A stretch of DNA of 64,000 nt from contig CAVUWD010000002.1 of assembly GCA_963745025.1 (NCBI GenBank), positions 64,001-128,000 of the forward strand. The letters are read 5' to 3'. Below, piece by piece: positions 27,330-37,179 of the stretch. The stretch comes from an uncultured delta proteobacterium. Lineage in GTDB: Bacteria; Desulfobacterota; Binatia; JACPRU01. A model generated the notes under the pieces. It did no database searches. It was not told the origin of the DNA and saw nothing but the letters and a program-made list of their open reading frames with translations. How positions within the stretch are numbered: position 1 is the first letter of the stretch; every line of letters starts with the position of its first letter. The translations under genes and the position numbers were made by a program.

Positions 27330-27835
27330 TGCCGCCGACAAGCCTGCGTCCGAAGGTCGTCGCCTTCGTTGTGTTGGTGGCGTTCGTTTGTCCAGTGTTC
27401 GGGCAGCAGACGCCCATACCGGAGAAGGAAAAGAAGCGGAAGACGCGCGTCTGCGCAATCGAAGACGAGACGAGAGTAAATTCACCCGACAATCCGAGTA
27501 CGTCCCGAACCCTCACACCGGGTTACTGCATCGACTGCTGGGAGGGCTTTGGGTGTGGAGAGCCGTTCTTGGCGGCCGGATTGCTTGGCCTCATCGGTGG
27601 GTCGGCGACATCCGCCGCGGGGGCCGTCGTAGCGGGGGCCGTCGCAGTGGGTGGGGTTCTCGGCGGCTTGGCCGCAACGGGCAACCTGGGTGGTGGTGGC
27701 GGCGGTCATGGGAATCCTACTCCGACCATCTTTCCGCCGCCGCCTCCTCCTCCACCAACTACTCCTCCGTTGCCAACGGTGATCCCGCTGCCGAAGCCGT
27801 CTCCCACGAACCCGCCGGTCTCGCCGTTCCACTAA
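27329..27835 (+). CDS. Secreted or membrane protein with a Cys cluster, Gly/Ala hydrophobic segment and Pro-rich tail
   Basis: Coupled to fecR; signal-like N-terminus; poly-Gly and poly-Pro tracts. Confidence 0.55.
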   Translation: MPPTSLRPKVVAFVVLVAFVCPVFGQQTPIPEKEKKRKTRVCAIEDETRVNSPDNPSTSRTLTPGYCIDCWEGFGCGEPFLAAGLLGLIGGSATSAAGAVVAGAVAVGGVLGGLAATGNLGGGGGGHGNPTPTIFPPPPPPPPTTPPLPTVIPLPKPSPTNPPVSPFH

Positions 27836-27952
27836 GCTCGCGCCTCGGCGAAGCACCGCATCGTGCGGTTCGGATGGCCGGCCGATTGCCCGACCATCGC
27901 GATCACCTCTACTCAGCTCGGTAGACTTTTGGCGCCGAGACGCGATGCGAGA

Positions 27953-28750
27953 TCACCTGCCTGCCGCGCCCTCTGTCAACCAACCCCTCCACCAATACAC
28001 CAACAACCCGATCCTCTCGTGGACCGCCTTCGAGAAGGCGCGGCGGCGCTCGTCGGAGCGGACGAGCCCGTTCGAATCGAACGCCGTCTCGACCGACGGC
28101 GAGCACACCACCGAGAGCTCCTCGTGCTCGACGGCGGCGCAGGCGCGGCGCGAGTGATAGGGCGAGGTGACGACGATCACGCGCTGCCAGCCGCGCTCGC
28201 GGCAGATGCGGGCGAGCGACAGCGCCTCGTCGCGCGTGTTTTCGTTCGGCCCGACCGTTTGGAGCTCGCTCGCGATGCCCAGATGCTCCATCAGCGACTT
28301 GGCCGCGCCGGCATAGGACGGGGACGGGCGCTTCAGGTCGGAGAGCACGAGCGCCGGGGCCTGCCGCTCCGCGACGAGCTCGATGCCGTGCACGAGGCGG
28401 GCCATCGCGATCGACGTCAGCTCGCCGGTCGGGTGAATGCTCGAGGCTGTGACGAACACGGCGTCGGCGGAGGCGGGCGGATCGCGGCGCACCAGGCCGT
28501 TCGCAAGCCAGCCGGTCAGCGGCGTGAATACGACGAGCAGCCAGAGGACGCCGAGCGCGGCGGCGAGCGCGCCGGCCAACCGGCGGGCCGGCGTCGTCCA
28601 CAGCAGCGCGCCGGCGACGGCGCAGCCGACGACGAGCGGTCCCGAGTCGCCCCAGAACGACACGGTCGAGGTCAGGCCGAGGTCGTCGACGATGAGGCCC
28701 GCGAGGGCGCCGGCCGTGAGCCCGACGAGTGGCGATGCCCTCACGCTCAC
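27953..28750 (-). CDS. YdcF/DUF218 family membrane protein
   Basis: ADAVFV, ENTRDEAL, VIVVTSPYHSRRA, HERIGLLVYWWRGW; GTGA coupling to the upstream gene. Confidence 0.85.
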   Translation of the reverse strand: MSVRASPLVGLTAGALAGLIVDDLGLTSTVSFWGDSGPLVVGCAVAGALLWTTPARRLAGALAAALGVLWLLVVFTPLTGWLANGLVRRDPPASADAVFVTASSIHPTGELTSIAMARLVHGIELVAERQAPALVLSDLKRPSPSYAGAAKSLMEHLGIASELQTVGPNENTRDEALSLARICRERGWQRVIVVTSPYHSRRACAAVEHEELSVVCSPSVETAFDSNGLVRSDERRRAFSKAVHERIGLLVYWWRGWLTEGAAGR

Positions 28751-30192
28751 GAGAACGGATACCAGAGCGGGAACGTCGCGATCCGCACGACGCCTCTCAC
28801 TCCCGCGTAGATGCTCCACGGCAGCATGCGCGCCGTTGACGCCGGGACGCGCACGACGTCGCCCGCGCGAAGGGGCACGTCCGCGATCTCGCCCGCGTCG
28901 ATCGACTCGACGTCGACGAGCACCGTCTTCGGCTCCGCTCCGGTCGGTTCGTGCCGGATCTCGACGTCGCGCAGGTTTCCCGGGAACAGGCTGCCGCCCG
29001 CCGCGGCGATGGCGGCCGTCACCGTCGATCGGTGCGTGACCTCGTAGACGCCCGGGGAAGCGACCCAGCCCTCGACCGTGCAGAGCTGTCTCTCGGGCAC
29101 GTGGATGTGGTCGCCCGCAGCGACCGGTAGCTTGAGCTCGGCGCCTGCGGCGGGGGGCAGATCGACGACGATCGGCTCCTCCGCGGTCGCTCCAGCTTCG
29201 CCCTTTGCCTTGGCGCGGGTGAGCTCGACCACGCTCGCCGCGGCGCGTGTCCTTCCGCCGGCGTGGGCGATCACCTCGAGAATCGTCGTCGAACCTTCGG
29301 GTAGTGGATACGCGCCCGGCCGGCCGACCGCGCCGTCCACCGTCACCTGCGGCTCCCGCGCGCCGCGCTGCAGCGCTACGTCCACCTCCGGCGTTAGCAG
29401 GTAGGCCGTCAGGCGCTTCGCGAGGTCGGCGACGAGCTCCCCCTGGTTCCTGCCCGCGGCCGGGACGCGGCCGAGAATCGGCAGCTCGATCTGCCCGTCG
29501 CTCGCCACCTCCACGGTGCGGCACACCTCGTCCATGTGCTCGACGCGGATCGCGAGTCGGTCGCCCGGCGCGATGCGGGCGGTCTCCGGCGCCTCGGCGG
29601 GCTGCCGCGCGAGTTCGCGGGCGCGCTCCTGGTCCTGCTCGATCGAGCCGGGTGCTCTGCTCGAAGGCGGCGGCCGCTTCGGCAGCTCGGCCTCCGCCGC
29701 CGCCTCCTCCTCCGAATCGCGCGCCGCCTTGGCGACTTCTTCCCGAGCCTCGCGCCGCGCTTCGGCCGCTTCGTTCTCGGCCTTGCGGCGCGCCGCGATG
29801 GCCTCTTCGAGAGCCGCCTTGAGCGTGACGAGCTCCTTCTTGGCCTTTTCGGGATCGAAGCCTTCGACCTTCTTGAGCTGCTGTTTCGCGGCGTCGAGCT
29901 CGGCGGCGCACGTGCGCATCCGCTGCGCGACCGCGTCGTCCTGCCGCGATCGCTCGGCGGCCAGGCTCTGGAGCCTTCGCTCCGCGTCGGCTCGCTCGGT
30001 GAGGTGAGCTTCCATCTCCGCGTCGAGCTGCCCCTCGAGCTGATGGATACGATCGAGCAAGCCTCGCAGATAGCTCTCGCCCTCGGGGCCAAGGCAGGAT
30101 ACGGACGGCGGCGCGGACGGCTCCTTCGCCGCTGCCTCGAGGGCGATGGCGAGAACGATGAGTACCGGCAGCAGTTTCTTCGTCGTGGTCAT
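28747..30192 (-). CDS. Polysaccharide export protein (Poly_export + SLBB) with a long N-terminal coiled coil
   Basis: IAPGDRLAIRV..VASDGQIELPILGRV.AAG; GAVGRPGAY; GWVASPGVY; LRAGDVVRVP. Confidence 0.85.
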   Translation of the reverse strand: MTTTKKLLPVLIVLAIALEAAAKEPSAPPSVSCLGPEGESYLRGLLDRIHQLEGQLDAEMEAHLTERADAERRLQSLAAERSRQDDAVAQRMRTCAAELDAAKQQLKKVEGFDPEKAKKELVTLKAALEEAIAARRKAENEAAEARREAREEVAKAARDSEEEAAAEAELPKRPPPSSRAPGSIEQDQERARELARQPAEAPETARIAPGDRLAIRVEHMDEVCRTVEVASDGQIELPILGRVPAAGRNQGELVADLAKRLTAYLLTPEVDVALQRGAREPQVTVDGAVGRPGAYPLPEGSTTILEVIAHAGGRTRAAASVVELTRAKAKGEAGATAEEPIVVDLPPAAGAELKLPVAAGDHIHVPERQLCTVEGWVASPGVYEVTHRSTVTAAIAAAGGSLFPGNLRDVEIRHEPTGAEPKTVLVDVESIDAGEIADVPLRAGDVVRVPASTARMLPWSIYAGVRGVVRIATFPLWYPFS

Positions 30193-30344
30193 GGGTGCGA
30201 GCGCGGCGCGCATCCTCCATACAGGAACGGCGTGAGCTCAACAACGAAAAGTATCCGTTGTCTGCTCGCGATTCGCGCTCCTCGAGCCGCTCGTTTCGTG
30301 AGCCTATCCGAGGGTGTGCCAAACGCACACGCGAGGAGCCACCC

Positions 30345-33300
30345 ATGATGGGGGCGAAGCCGCCGTCTTCGAAGCCGTGGGTCACAGGCGGGACGGCGCG
30401 GGTCGCGAGACGAAGCGCGCTGGCTTGGCTGGCGGCGATTGCCTTGCTCGTGCCCGTCGCTCCGCGAGCCGCCGCGGCCGACGCCCCGAACCTGCTCCGC
30501 AACGGCGATTTCCAAGACGACTGGATCACGCTGCTGCCCGAGAACCTGACTCTTCACTGGAGCTACTCGCCGGTCTTCGCCAACCGGCGCGACTTCAACC
30601 CCGACGGCTGGTCGCTGAGGGGGAGCTGGCGGTGGCTCGACGCCGACGCGCCCGCCGGAAATCGGCGGCTCGTCATCGAGGGGCCGCAGACGGAAGTCTG
30701 GCAGCGCATCAACTGGGTTGCGGTCAACGACGATCGGCAGCTCGAGGGCTTTCCCGACGCCGGCGGTTTCCCGAGCTTCGCGGCCTTGCGGAGCTTACGA
30801 CCGCTCGCGCTCGTGCGCGATCTCGTCCTCCGCGCGCGCGTCAAGGGCACTGACGTGCCGCCCGGAGCGGCGACGATCGAGATCGGACTCGCTCCTCCCG
30901 GCAAGGTGGCGTCCGGTGATCCGCTCGGCACGGTCGTGCCGCCGACGGCATCGGCCTCCGTCGCTCTCCCCGAGGGCAGCTTCGACTGGCTCTCTGTCGA
31001 AGTCCGGCTCGCCGCATCCGACTGGGTGCGGTCGGCCGGCGCTGCAGACGCCGAGGCGGCGAAGTCCGGGCCCGTTCTTCCGGGCACCGCATCGGTTGCG
31101 CTCCGCTATCGCGGCGCGAGCGGCCGCGTCGAGGTGGATCGCGCCGAGCTCGTCAGCGCCGAGCCGTCGTCGCCGAACCTGCTGCCGCACGGTAGCTTCG
31201 AGGAGATCGACGGCAGCGGGTGGGCGGCGGGATGGAAACCCGCCGAGAAGTACACCTACTTTCCGCCGGGTCTCTACTATCTCTTCAACAGTTGGCACAA
31301 CGAGGGCTTCTCGAACCGCGGCGCTCCGGGGCTAGACTCGCTCGTCGTGCGCCGCGGGCGGTGGAGCCTACGCATGCCCGTGCTTGCGGGAGACGAGCTC
31401 GCGGTGTCGTCGGCGCCGGTCGTGCTGAACCAGAAGGAGCCGCGGCTCATCGAGGCGAGCGTCTGGGTGAAGACCGACCGCGTGAACGAGATCCAGATCG
31501 ACGCGCGGAACGAGAAGGGAGAGCGCCTCGACGGCTTCGACTTCATCAGCAAGTCGCCGACCTCGATCGGCACCGACGAATGGCGGCTCCTTCGCCAGGT
31601 CTTCCGGCCGCGCGAGCCGGTGGCGGAGCTCACGCTCGTGCTCGCCGTCCGCGGCGTGAACGGCTACACGCTCGGCTCGACCTCCGAGGAGCCGCAGAAC
31701 AACGTCGCCGGAACGGTCTGGTGGGACGACGCCCGCCTCTACGAGCCCGAGAGCTCCGCCGCGGAGCTCTCGGCGCGAGGCGTGAAGCCGCCGTCCGACG
31801 AGCGCCCGCCCGCGACGCTTCATCTCGCGGATCTCGACGTCGGCGAGCGCTTGCTCGGCGAGAACCACCTCCGCGCGACGGTCGTCAACCCGGGAGAGGC
31901 GCGGGAGCTCGCGCTCGAGTGGCAGCTCACTTCGCCGGCAGGCCGAGTGGCGAAGTTTCAGAGCGCGCGCGTGGACGTTCCGGCGCGCGGCGAGAAGTCG
32001 GTCGAGGTCCCTTACGTGGTGAGCGACGCCGCGGCGCCCGCGTACCGCGAGAGCCGCGGCGTTCTCCGCCTGCTCGGCGAGAACGGCGACGTCGTCGGCT
32101 CGACCGAGATCGCGCTCGGTCAGTGGACGCGGCCGGTCGACCTCCGTCTCGGCGCTCTCTACTTGCGGCCGGAGCAGAAAGAGCTCGTGCGCATGAACCT
32201 CGGACTGTCGCACGCCACGCTCGCGAAGCTTCGCTCGCTCCGCCTGGAGATCGTTCGCCGAGGGACGGGCGAGACGGCCGCGACCCAGGAGATCCCCGCG
32301 ACTCCGGCAGCGCTCGAAGCGCAGCTCGAGCGGGTCCCCGCGGGTCTCCGCGGCGACTTCGCCAACCTGCTGCTCGCCGACCTCGAGGTGTCGCGTCTGC
32401 CGATCGAGCCGTTCGTCGGACCGGAGCGGCGCTGGTTCGTGCGCGCGACGGCGATCGGCTTGGATGGGAAGGCCGTTGCCACCGTCGATTCGGCGCCCTT
32501 CTGCCGCCAGGCGCATGACGAAGCGCAGGAGCCGGTGCGCACGGTCGAGGTGCGGAAGAACCTTCTCTACGTGAACCGGCGCCCGTGGATCCCTTGGGGG
32601 GCGATCTACGGCTTTGTTCCCGCGTACGACGGGCCGGCCGACCCGGGCCCGGGCGGTTACCGCGACCTCCACAACCTCCCGGAGTGGTCGATCTACGACG
32701 GCTTCACGAGCAAGCCGTACAACCGGCGGGACAATGATTTCGATGCGCTTCGCGACGTTCCCGCGACGGTCGCGAACGCGAAGAGCCGTGAAGAGATCGA
32801 GCGACACTGGAAGGACGACGGGCTCTACGCGGCGACCTATTTCGTGGCGCCGGGTCCCGTCTTTTCGTGGGACGATCTCGCCGCCAAGGCCGGAAGCGCC
32901 GACCGGCTGCAGGACGTGCTGCGCTTCGCAGCCGACGCGCCGATGATCGTGTCGACGAGCCCCGGCTTCGAAGAGTCGTTCGGCGCGTTTCACGCGGCCA
33001 CGCCCGAGGAGCTCCGCTCGCTTGCCGAGCTGGTGCGATCTCTCCGCGCCAAGACCGGCAAGCCGGTGATGGTCGGCCACGGCGGCGCGTGGAACCGCTT
33101 CGAATTCGAGAAGGTCCCGTTCTTCGACATCTTCGACCCCGAGACCGAGCCGCTCTTCCCGGCCAACCTACACACCGATCTCTGGCCGCTCGTCGCCGGG
33201 CGCGACCAGGTGATCTGGCTCCGACCCCAGCTCTACGAGTCGGTTCCCTACGAGCGCTGGCGCTTCCACACCTACGTCGAGCTCATGCGCGGCGCGCGCG

Positions 33301-34328
33301 GCTGGCAAATGGCGCACGGCCCCGCGGACGCCACGACCTTTCGCGGTCTGCACGGCGAGCTCGCGTCGCTAACGCCCGCCATCTACTCGTCCGACCCGGG
33401 GCCGGAAGTCGCGATCGAGCCCGAGATCGAGCACTGGTCGCGCCGCGCGGGCGGCAAGACGTACGTCATCGCGGCGACGACGCACGCGCTCGCTTTCGGT
33501 CGCTGGCGCTGGAGCGACGATGCGAGATCGCCCGCCGGCCGCGCGCGCGTCAGCGAGCCGTCGCTGCCGCTGCCGAGGAGCGACAACGAGCTCGATCGCA
33601 TCGCGGAGAAGCTGCAGCCGGACTGGATCGTGCACGGCATCGATTCCTTCCCGGATGCGCGCCCGTGGAAGCCGGGAACGAGGCTCGTGCAGTGGGTGCG
33701 GATCGATCCCAGCGATCCGACGCGCGGTCTGGCGCTGGTGGCGCGAACAGACGGGCGCTGGAGCGCGATGGCTTCGTGGGGCGACGCCGAGGTCGAGGTC
33801 ATCCCGAAGGAGCTGCCGCTCGTCTATTGGTTTCTTCGCCGCTTCTATCGCAACGCCGTCGGCTTCATCGGTTACCGGGGCGAGGGCGCGGCGCAAAGCT
33901 TCGCGCATGCGCCCGACACGATACATGCCGAAGGGGCGCTGCCGCCCGCCGGCATCTGGGTCAAGCTGGAGGCGCCGCTCGCCGATCTCGGGGCCGTCGG
34001 CAAGACGCTCGACGGGATCGGCTTCCTCCAGCGCAGCGGCCGTGTATTCTGGGGCCGAACCTCGCTCGTCACGCCGGACGGGTCGGAGACCGTGCTGTGG
34101 GGCGATGCGCTCGGCCGACCCCCGGCCGAGCTCGCGCGCACGCGGGTGAAGGTGGCCGGGCTCCAGCGGGGCGCTTCGGTGCGGGTGCTCTTCGAGGATC
34201 GGCAGATCCGCGCGGAGGAAGGTTACTTCGAAGACGAATTTCGCGGACAGGATCTCTACCAGAGATACGGCGGCGCCGACGGATACGGCGACGCGCCGGT
34301 GGCGTTGCACATCTACGAGGTGCCGTGA
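30345..34328 (+). CDS. Large secreted hypothetical protein with carbohydrate-binding-like modules
   Basis: ARRSAL..PRAAAA Tat-like signal; repeated NLLxNG(D/S)F module starts; long uninterrupted ORF. Confidence 0.75.
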   Translation: MMGAKPPSSKPWVTGGTARVARRSALAWLAAIALLVPVAPRAAAADAPNLLRNGDFQDDWITLLPENLTLHWSYSPVFANRRDFNPDGWSLRGSWRWLDADAPAGNRRLVIEGPQTEVWQRINWVAVNDDRQLEGFPDAGGFPSFAALRSLRPLALVRDLVLRARVKGTDVPPGAATIEIGLAPPGKVASGDPLGTVVPPTASASVALPEGSFDWLSVEVRLAASDWVRSAGAADAEAAKSGPVLPGTASVALRYRGASGRVEVDRAELVSAEPSSPNLLPHGSFEEIDGSGWAAGWKPAEKYTYFPPGLYYLFNSWHNEGFSNRGAPGLDSLVVRRGRWSLRMPVLAGDELAVSSAPVVLNQKEPRLIEASVWVKTDRVNEIQIDARNEKGERLDGFDFISKSPTSIGTDEWRLLRQVFRPREPVAELTLVLAVRGVNGYTLGSTSEEPQNNVAGTVWWDDARLYEPESSAAELSARGVKPPSDERPPATLHLADLDVGERLLGENHLRATVVNPGEARELALEWQLTSPAGRVAKFQSARVDVPARGEKSVEVPYVVSDAAAPAYRESRGVLRLLGENGDVVGSTEIALGQWTRPVDLRLGALYLRPEQKELVRMNLGLSHATLAKLRSLRLEIVRRGTGETAATQEIPATPAALEAQLERVPAGLRGDFANLLLADLEVSRLPIEPFVGPERRWFVRATAIGLDGKAVATVDSAPFCRQAHDEAQEPVRTVEVRKNLLYVNRRPWIPWGAIYGFVPAYDGPADPGPGGYRDLHNLPEWSIYDGFTSKPYNRRDNDFDALRDVPATVANAKSREEIERHWKDDGLYAATYFVAPGPVFSWDDLAAKAGSADRLQDVLRFAADAPMIVSTSPGFEESFGAFHAATPEELRSLAELVRSLRAKTGKPVMVGHGGAWNRFEFEKVPFFDIFDPETEPLFPANLHTDLWPLVAGRDQVIWLRPQLYESVPYERWRFHTYVELMRGARGWQMAHGPADATTFRGLHGELASLTPAIYSSDPGPEVAIEPEIEHWSRRAGGKTYVIAATTHALAFGRWRWSDDARSPAGRARVSEPSLPLPRSDNELDRIAEKLQPDWIVHGIDSFPDARPWKPGTRLVQWVRIDPSDPTRGLALVARTDGRWSAMASWGDAEVEVIPKELPLVYWFLRRFYRNAVGFIGYRGEGAAQSFAHAPDTIHAEGALPPAGIWVKLEAPLADLGAVGKTLDGIGFLQRSGRVFWGRTSLVTPDGSETVLWGDALGRPPAELARTRVKVAGLQRGASVRVLFEDRQIRAEEGYFEDEFRGQDLYQRYGGADGYGDAPVALHIYEVP

Positions 34329-34339
34329 AGCGTTGCGGC

Positions 34340-34506
34340 TAGGAGCCAGTCCGAGTAATCGCTCCCGTCGCCGATGAGCCGATCGCCGGCGCCTCGCGCC
34401 CGCAAAAATCCTCGGAATACCGCGAGAGTATTCGTCGGATTTTTGCAGACGCGATGCTTGGCGCTCGGCTCATCGGCTCGGTCCGGATTACTCGGACGGG
34501 CTCCTA
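34340..34506. mobile_element. 167-bp palindromic MITE/REP-like element
   Basis: 21-bp terminal IRs TAGGAGCC(A/C)GTCCGAGTAATC, 20/21 match, TA at both ends; nested internal inverted repeats. Confidence 0.75.
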
Positions 34507-35043
34507 CGGCGGCAGCTTTTCTTGCAGGTACTCGCGGATCGCCCGCAGCAGGTCGGGTGGAGCATCGTGCGCCGTCGCGAGCATCTCCTCGATCTGCCGG
34601 CCGCGTGCGAGCACGAACGCCACCGAGTGGTGGGTCGCCCGCGCGATATCCGCCGTCGCCGCCTTGCCGACCATCATTCGCGCGATCGTCGCATCGCTCG
34701 GGAGTAGATGACGGTCGAGGAATTCGAGCCCCGCGCTCGGCGGCGAGGCGGTGGCAGACTGAGAGGGGCTCGGGGTCGCTGCCCTCGGCGGCGGCGCTGG
34801 CGTCTCGGATGGGGGCGCCGCCTGAGAAGCAGCGGGAGGAGGGTTCCTCCGCTCGACCGCTGCGACCTGCCGCGCGAGCGTATCGAGCTCCGCGAGCAAA
34901 TTATCCTTCGTCGCGAGCTGGTCCCGCTCGACGGCATTCATGCGTGCGGTGAGTGGCGCAAACTGCCAGGCGAGGTAGCCGGTGATTGCGGCCAGGACCA
35001 GGACGAGCCATTCGGCTATGGGGGTGGGTTGTCTAGCCGGCAT
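34504..35043 (-). CDS. Hypothetical membrane-anchored protein
   Basis: N-terminal TM helix, coiled segment, Pro/Ala linker, HTH-like C-terminus. Confidence 0.6.
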   Translation of the reverse strand: MPARQPTPIAEWLVLVLAAITGYLAWQFAPLTARMNAVERDQLATKDNLLAELDTLARQVAAVERRNPPPAASQAAPPSETPAPPPRAATPSPSQSATASPPSAGLEFLDRHLLPSDATIARMMVGKAATADIARATHHSVAFVLARGRQIEEMLATAHDAPPDLLRAIREYLQEKLPP

Positions 35044-35162
35044 CGGCGCGGGAGCCTAATCGATCGCGACGGGCGAGCACAATCGGCGCACGTAGACGCC
35101 GAGCCCGGCTCCGACCCCGAGTAACGTGAATCCCGCAGCCGAGGCGGCGCGCGGCCGCGACG

Positions 35163-37139
35163 TCAGTCTTTGAATTGTGCTTCGCGGCTCTTCAGCAGCG
35201 GGCCCAATTCGGGCGACTCGATGACCCTCCGCCGTAGGCCGCGGAACGCCGCCGCCAAGAGCTCGCGCTTTCCGCTCTGCGGATCACGGTAGCCGACGAG
35301 ATCCGCGGGCCAGGTGTTCGGATCTGCGTAGACCGCCTGCTCGACCACTGCCAGCGCCTCTTCACGCCGCCCGACCTGCAGGAGCATGCGTGCGAACTCG
35401 GTACGCAGCCACCCGAATGCGGGCGCGCAGCGGACGGCGCGGCGATGCTCGAGCTCCAGCATGGCCGCGCTGTGGCAGGAGAACGCGAGCGTCCGATGCG
35501 CCGTCGACACGATGGGCGCGGCCTCGACCGCGGCTAGCGCGAGGCGGAAGTCCGGCTGTCCCCCGAACGCGGCGCGCCACGCCGCTCGCTCGAGCACTCC
35601 CCAGTCGTGCGAATCGCCGGGTCGGATCGCCGTGGCAGCTTCGAGCATCCGCGCATCGCGCCATTCGAGCGTGCCGAGACGCATGAGCAGGGCGAGCCCG
35701 GCGACACCTGCCACGGCCGCGAGGACTCGCCGCGAGACGCTCGCCTCGGCGGCTTCGCCGGCTGCGGCATCGCGCCCGGAGGTCTCTCTCCAGAGAAGAC
35801 CGAGGATCGCCGCGAAGAGGAGCGCGTTCGCCGGAATGCGCAGGCCGAAGTCGACCGTTGAATGGAACGCGGCGGCGGCAAGGGCGGCGAAGAGCGCCGC
35901 GCGCCTCTTCGCCGCCTCCATGGGCAGCGGACGAAGGACGCTTGCGAAATAGAGGGCGGCGAATGCGCCGAGCAACCCGAGACCCACCACTCCGGTCTCC
36001 TCGGCCCATTGCACGTACTCGTCGTGTGCGTGGCTGAAGCCGACCGCCAGGAGCGGGTAGCGCTGGTACATGGGAAAGACCTCGGCCCACGTCCCGAGGC
36101 CGGATCCGAACCAGGGGAAATCGCGCAGCACGCCGAAGCTCTGCCGGATGGCGACCAGCCGGATGAGCACGCTCGCATCGCCGCGGTCGAGCGCGATGAG
36201 CTCCGTCCCGGCAGCCGGGCGATGGACCATGTCGGAAGCGATCCACGACGCGCCCGCGGCGAGGACGACGGCCGTGAGCATCACCGCGGCGGCCCGCGCC
36301 CCGCTGGCGCCCCGGCCACGCCCCGGCCAGGCGAGGCTCATGGCCAGAGGGGCTGCCGCCGCGGATGCCATTCCCCCTCGGGATCTCGAGCCGACGAGGG
36401 TGGCCACCATGAGCGCGAGGAGCGCCACGCCCGCGAGGCGGATCACGACCGGACTGCGCTCGGCGCCGGGTGTGGCGAACGCCGACGGCGAGATCGCGAC
36501 GCCGAGCGCGAGCGGCCAAACGAGGTTGATCGCCATCGCGAGGTGGTTGCAGTTGACGAACGGCCACGAGAGCCGTCCGCTCGCCGCAGTCGTCTGCTCG
36601 GCAGGAAACTGCCCGAAGAGGCTTGCGTCCCAGCCGCGCGACAGGTGCAGCCATGCTGCGGCTGCGGTCAGCGCTCCGGCAGCGAGCAGCGCCCAGTGGA
36701 AGAGGCGGCCCCGCCGGGGCAACGTCGCCGTCGCGACGATCACGAAGGCGCTCGCGTAGGCGCCGAGGCGAAGGAGCGCGAGCAACGAAGCGTGAGGGTC
36801 GAGCGACAACGGGAGCCAGCGCTGCGTGTAGCCGAGGAGGTCGCGGTAGAGCGTCGCGCGCGTCGGACTCAACACTCCGAGGACTGCGGCCGGTAGCGGC
36901 ACGAGCTGAAAGCAGAGATAGGCGGCGAGCGCGCCGGCGGCCAGCGCCAAGGTCGAAAGCCTCGTGACGACAGACGCGCCACCTTCACAGACCATGAGCA
37001 TGCCGACGAGGACGAACAGCGCCACCTCGAGCGCTGAGACCGTCCAGGCATGCGTGGAGGCGAAGGGAAGGGGCGCGAGCACGAGGATTGCCGCGGTGAG
37101 GAGCGACGGCGTCGCGCGCGGAATCGACATACCCTTCAC
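35163..37139 (-). CDS. O-antigen ligase/Wzy_C family protein with a TPR-like C-terminus
   Basis: PFVNCNHLA, SRSRGG, PWFGSGLGTW, HAHDEYVQWAEETG, HSTVDFGLRIPAN. Confidence 0.88.
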   Translation of the reverse strand: MKGMSIPRATPSLLTAAILVLAPLPFASTHAWTVSALEVALFVLVGMLMVCEGGASVVTRLSTLALAAGALAAYLCFQLVPLPAAVLGVLSPTRATLYRDLLGYTQRWLPLSLDPHASLLALLRLGAYASAFVIVATATLPRRGRLFHWALLAAGALTAAAAWLHLSRGWDASLFGQFPAEQTTAASGRLSWPFVNCNHLAMAINLVWPLALGVAISPSAFATPGAERSPVVIRLAGVALLALMVATLVGSRSRGGMASAAAAPLAMSLAWPGRGRGASGARAAAVMLTAVVLAAGASWIASDMVHRPAAGTELIALDRGDASVLIRLVAIRQSFGVLRDFPWFGSGLGTWAEVFPMYQRYPLLAVGFSHAHDEYVQWAEETGVVGLGLLGAFAALYFASVLRPLPMEAAKRRAALFAALAAAAFHSTVDFGLRIPANALLFAAILGLLWRETSGRDAAAGEAAEASVSRRVLAAVAGVAGLALLMRLGTLEWRDARMLEAATAIRPGDSHDWGVLERAAWRAAFGGQPDFRLALAAVEAAPIVSTAHRTLAFSCHSAAMLELEHRRAVRCAPAFGWLRTEFARMLLQVGRREEALAVVEQAVYADPNTWPADLVGYRDPQSGKRELLAAAFRGLRRRVIESPELGPLLKSREAQFKD

Positions 37140-37179
37140 GGCTCACTACTCGGCGCACCGCCGCCGAACACCATATCTT

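Noticed and set aside
27953-30529. 858-aa ORF as a single gene
   Set aside because: The N-terminal part is Arg-rich out-of-frame shadow of the export gene; only 27953-28750 (DUF218) is protein-like
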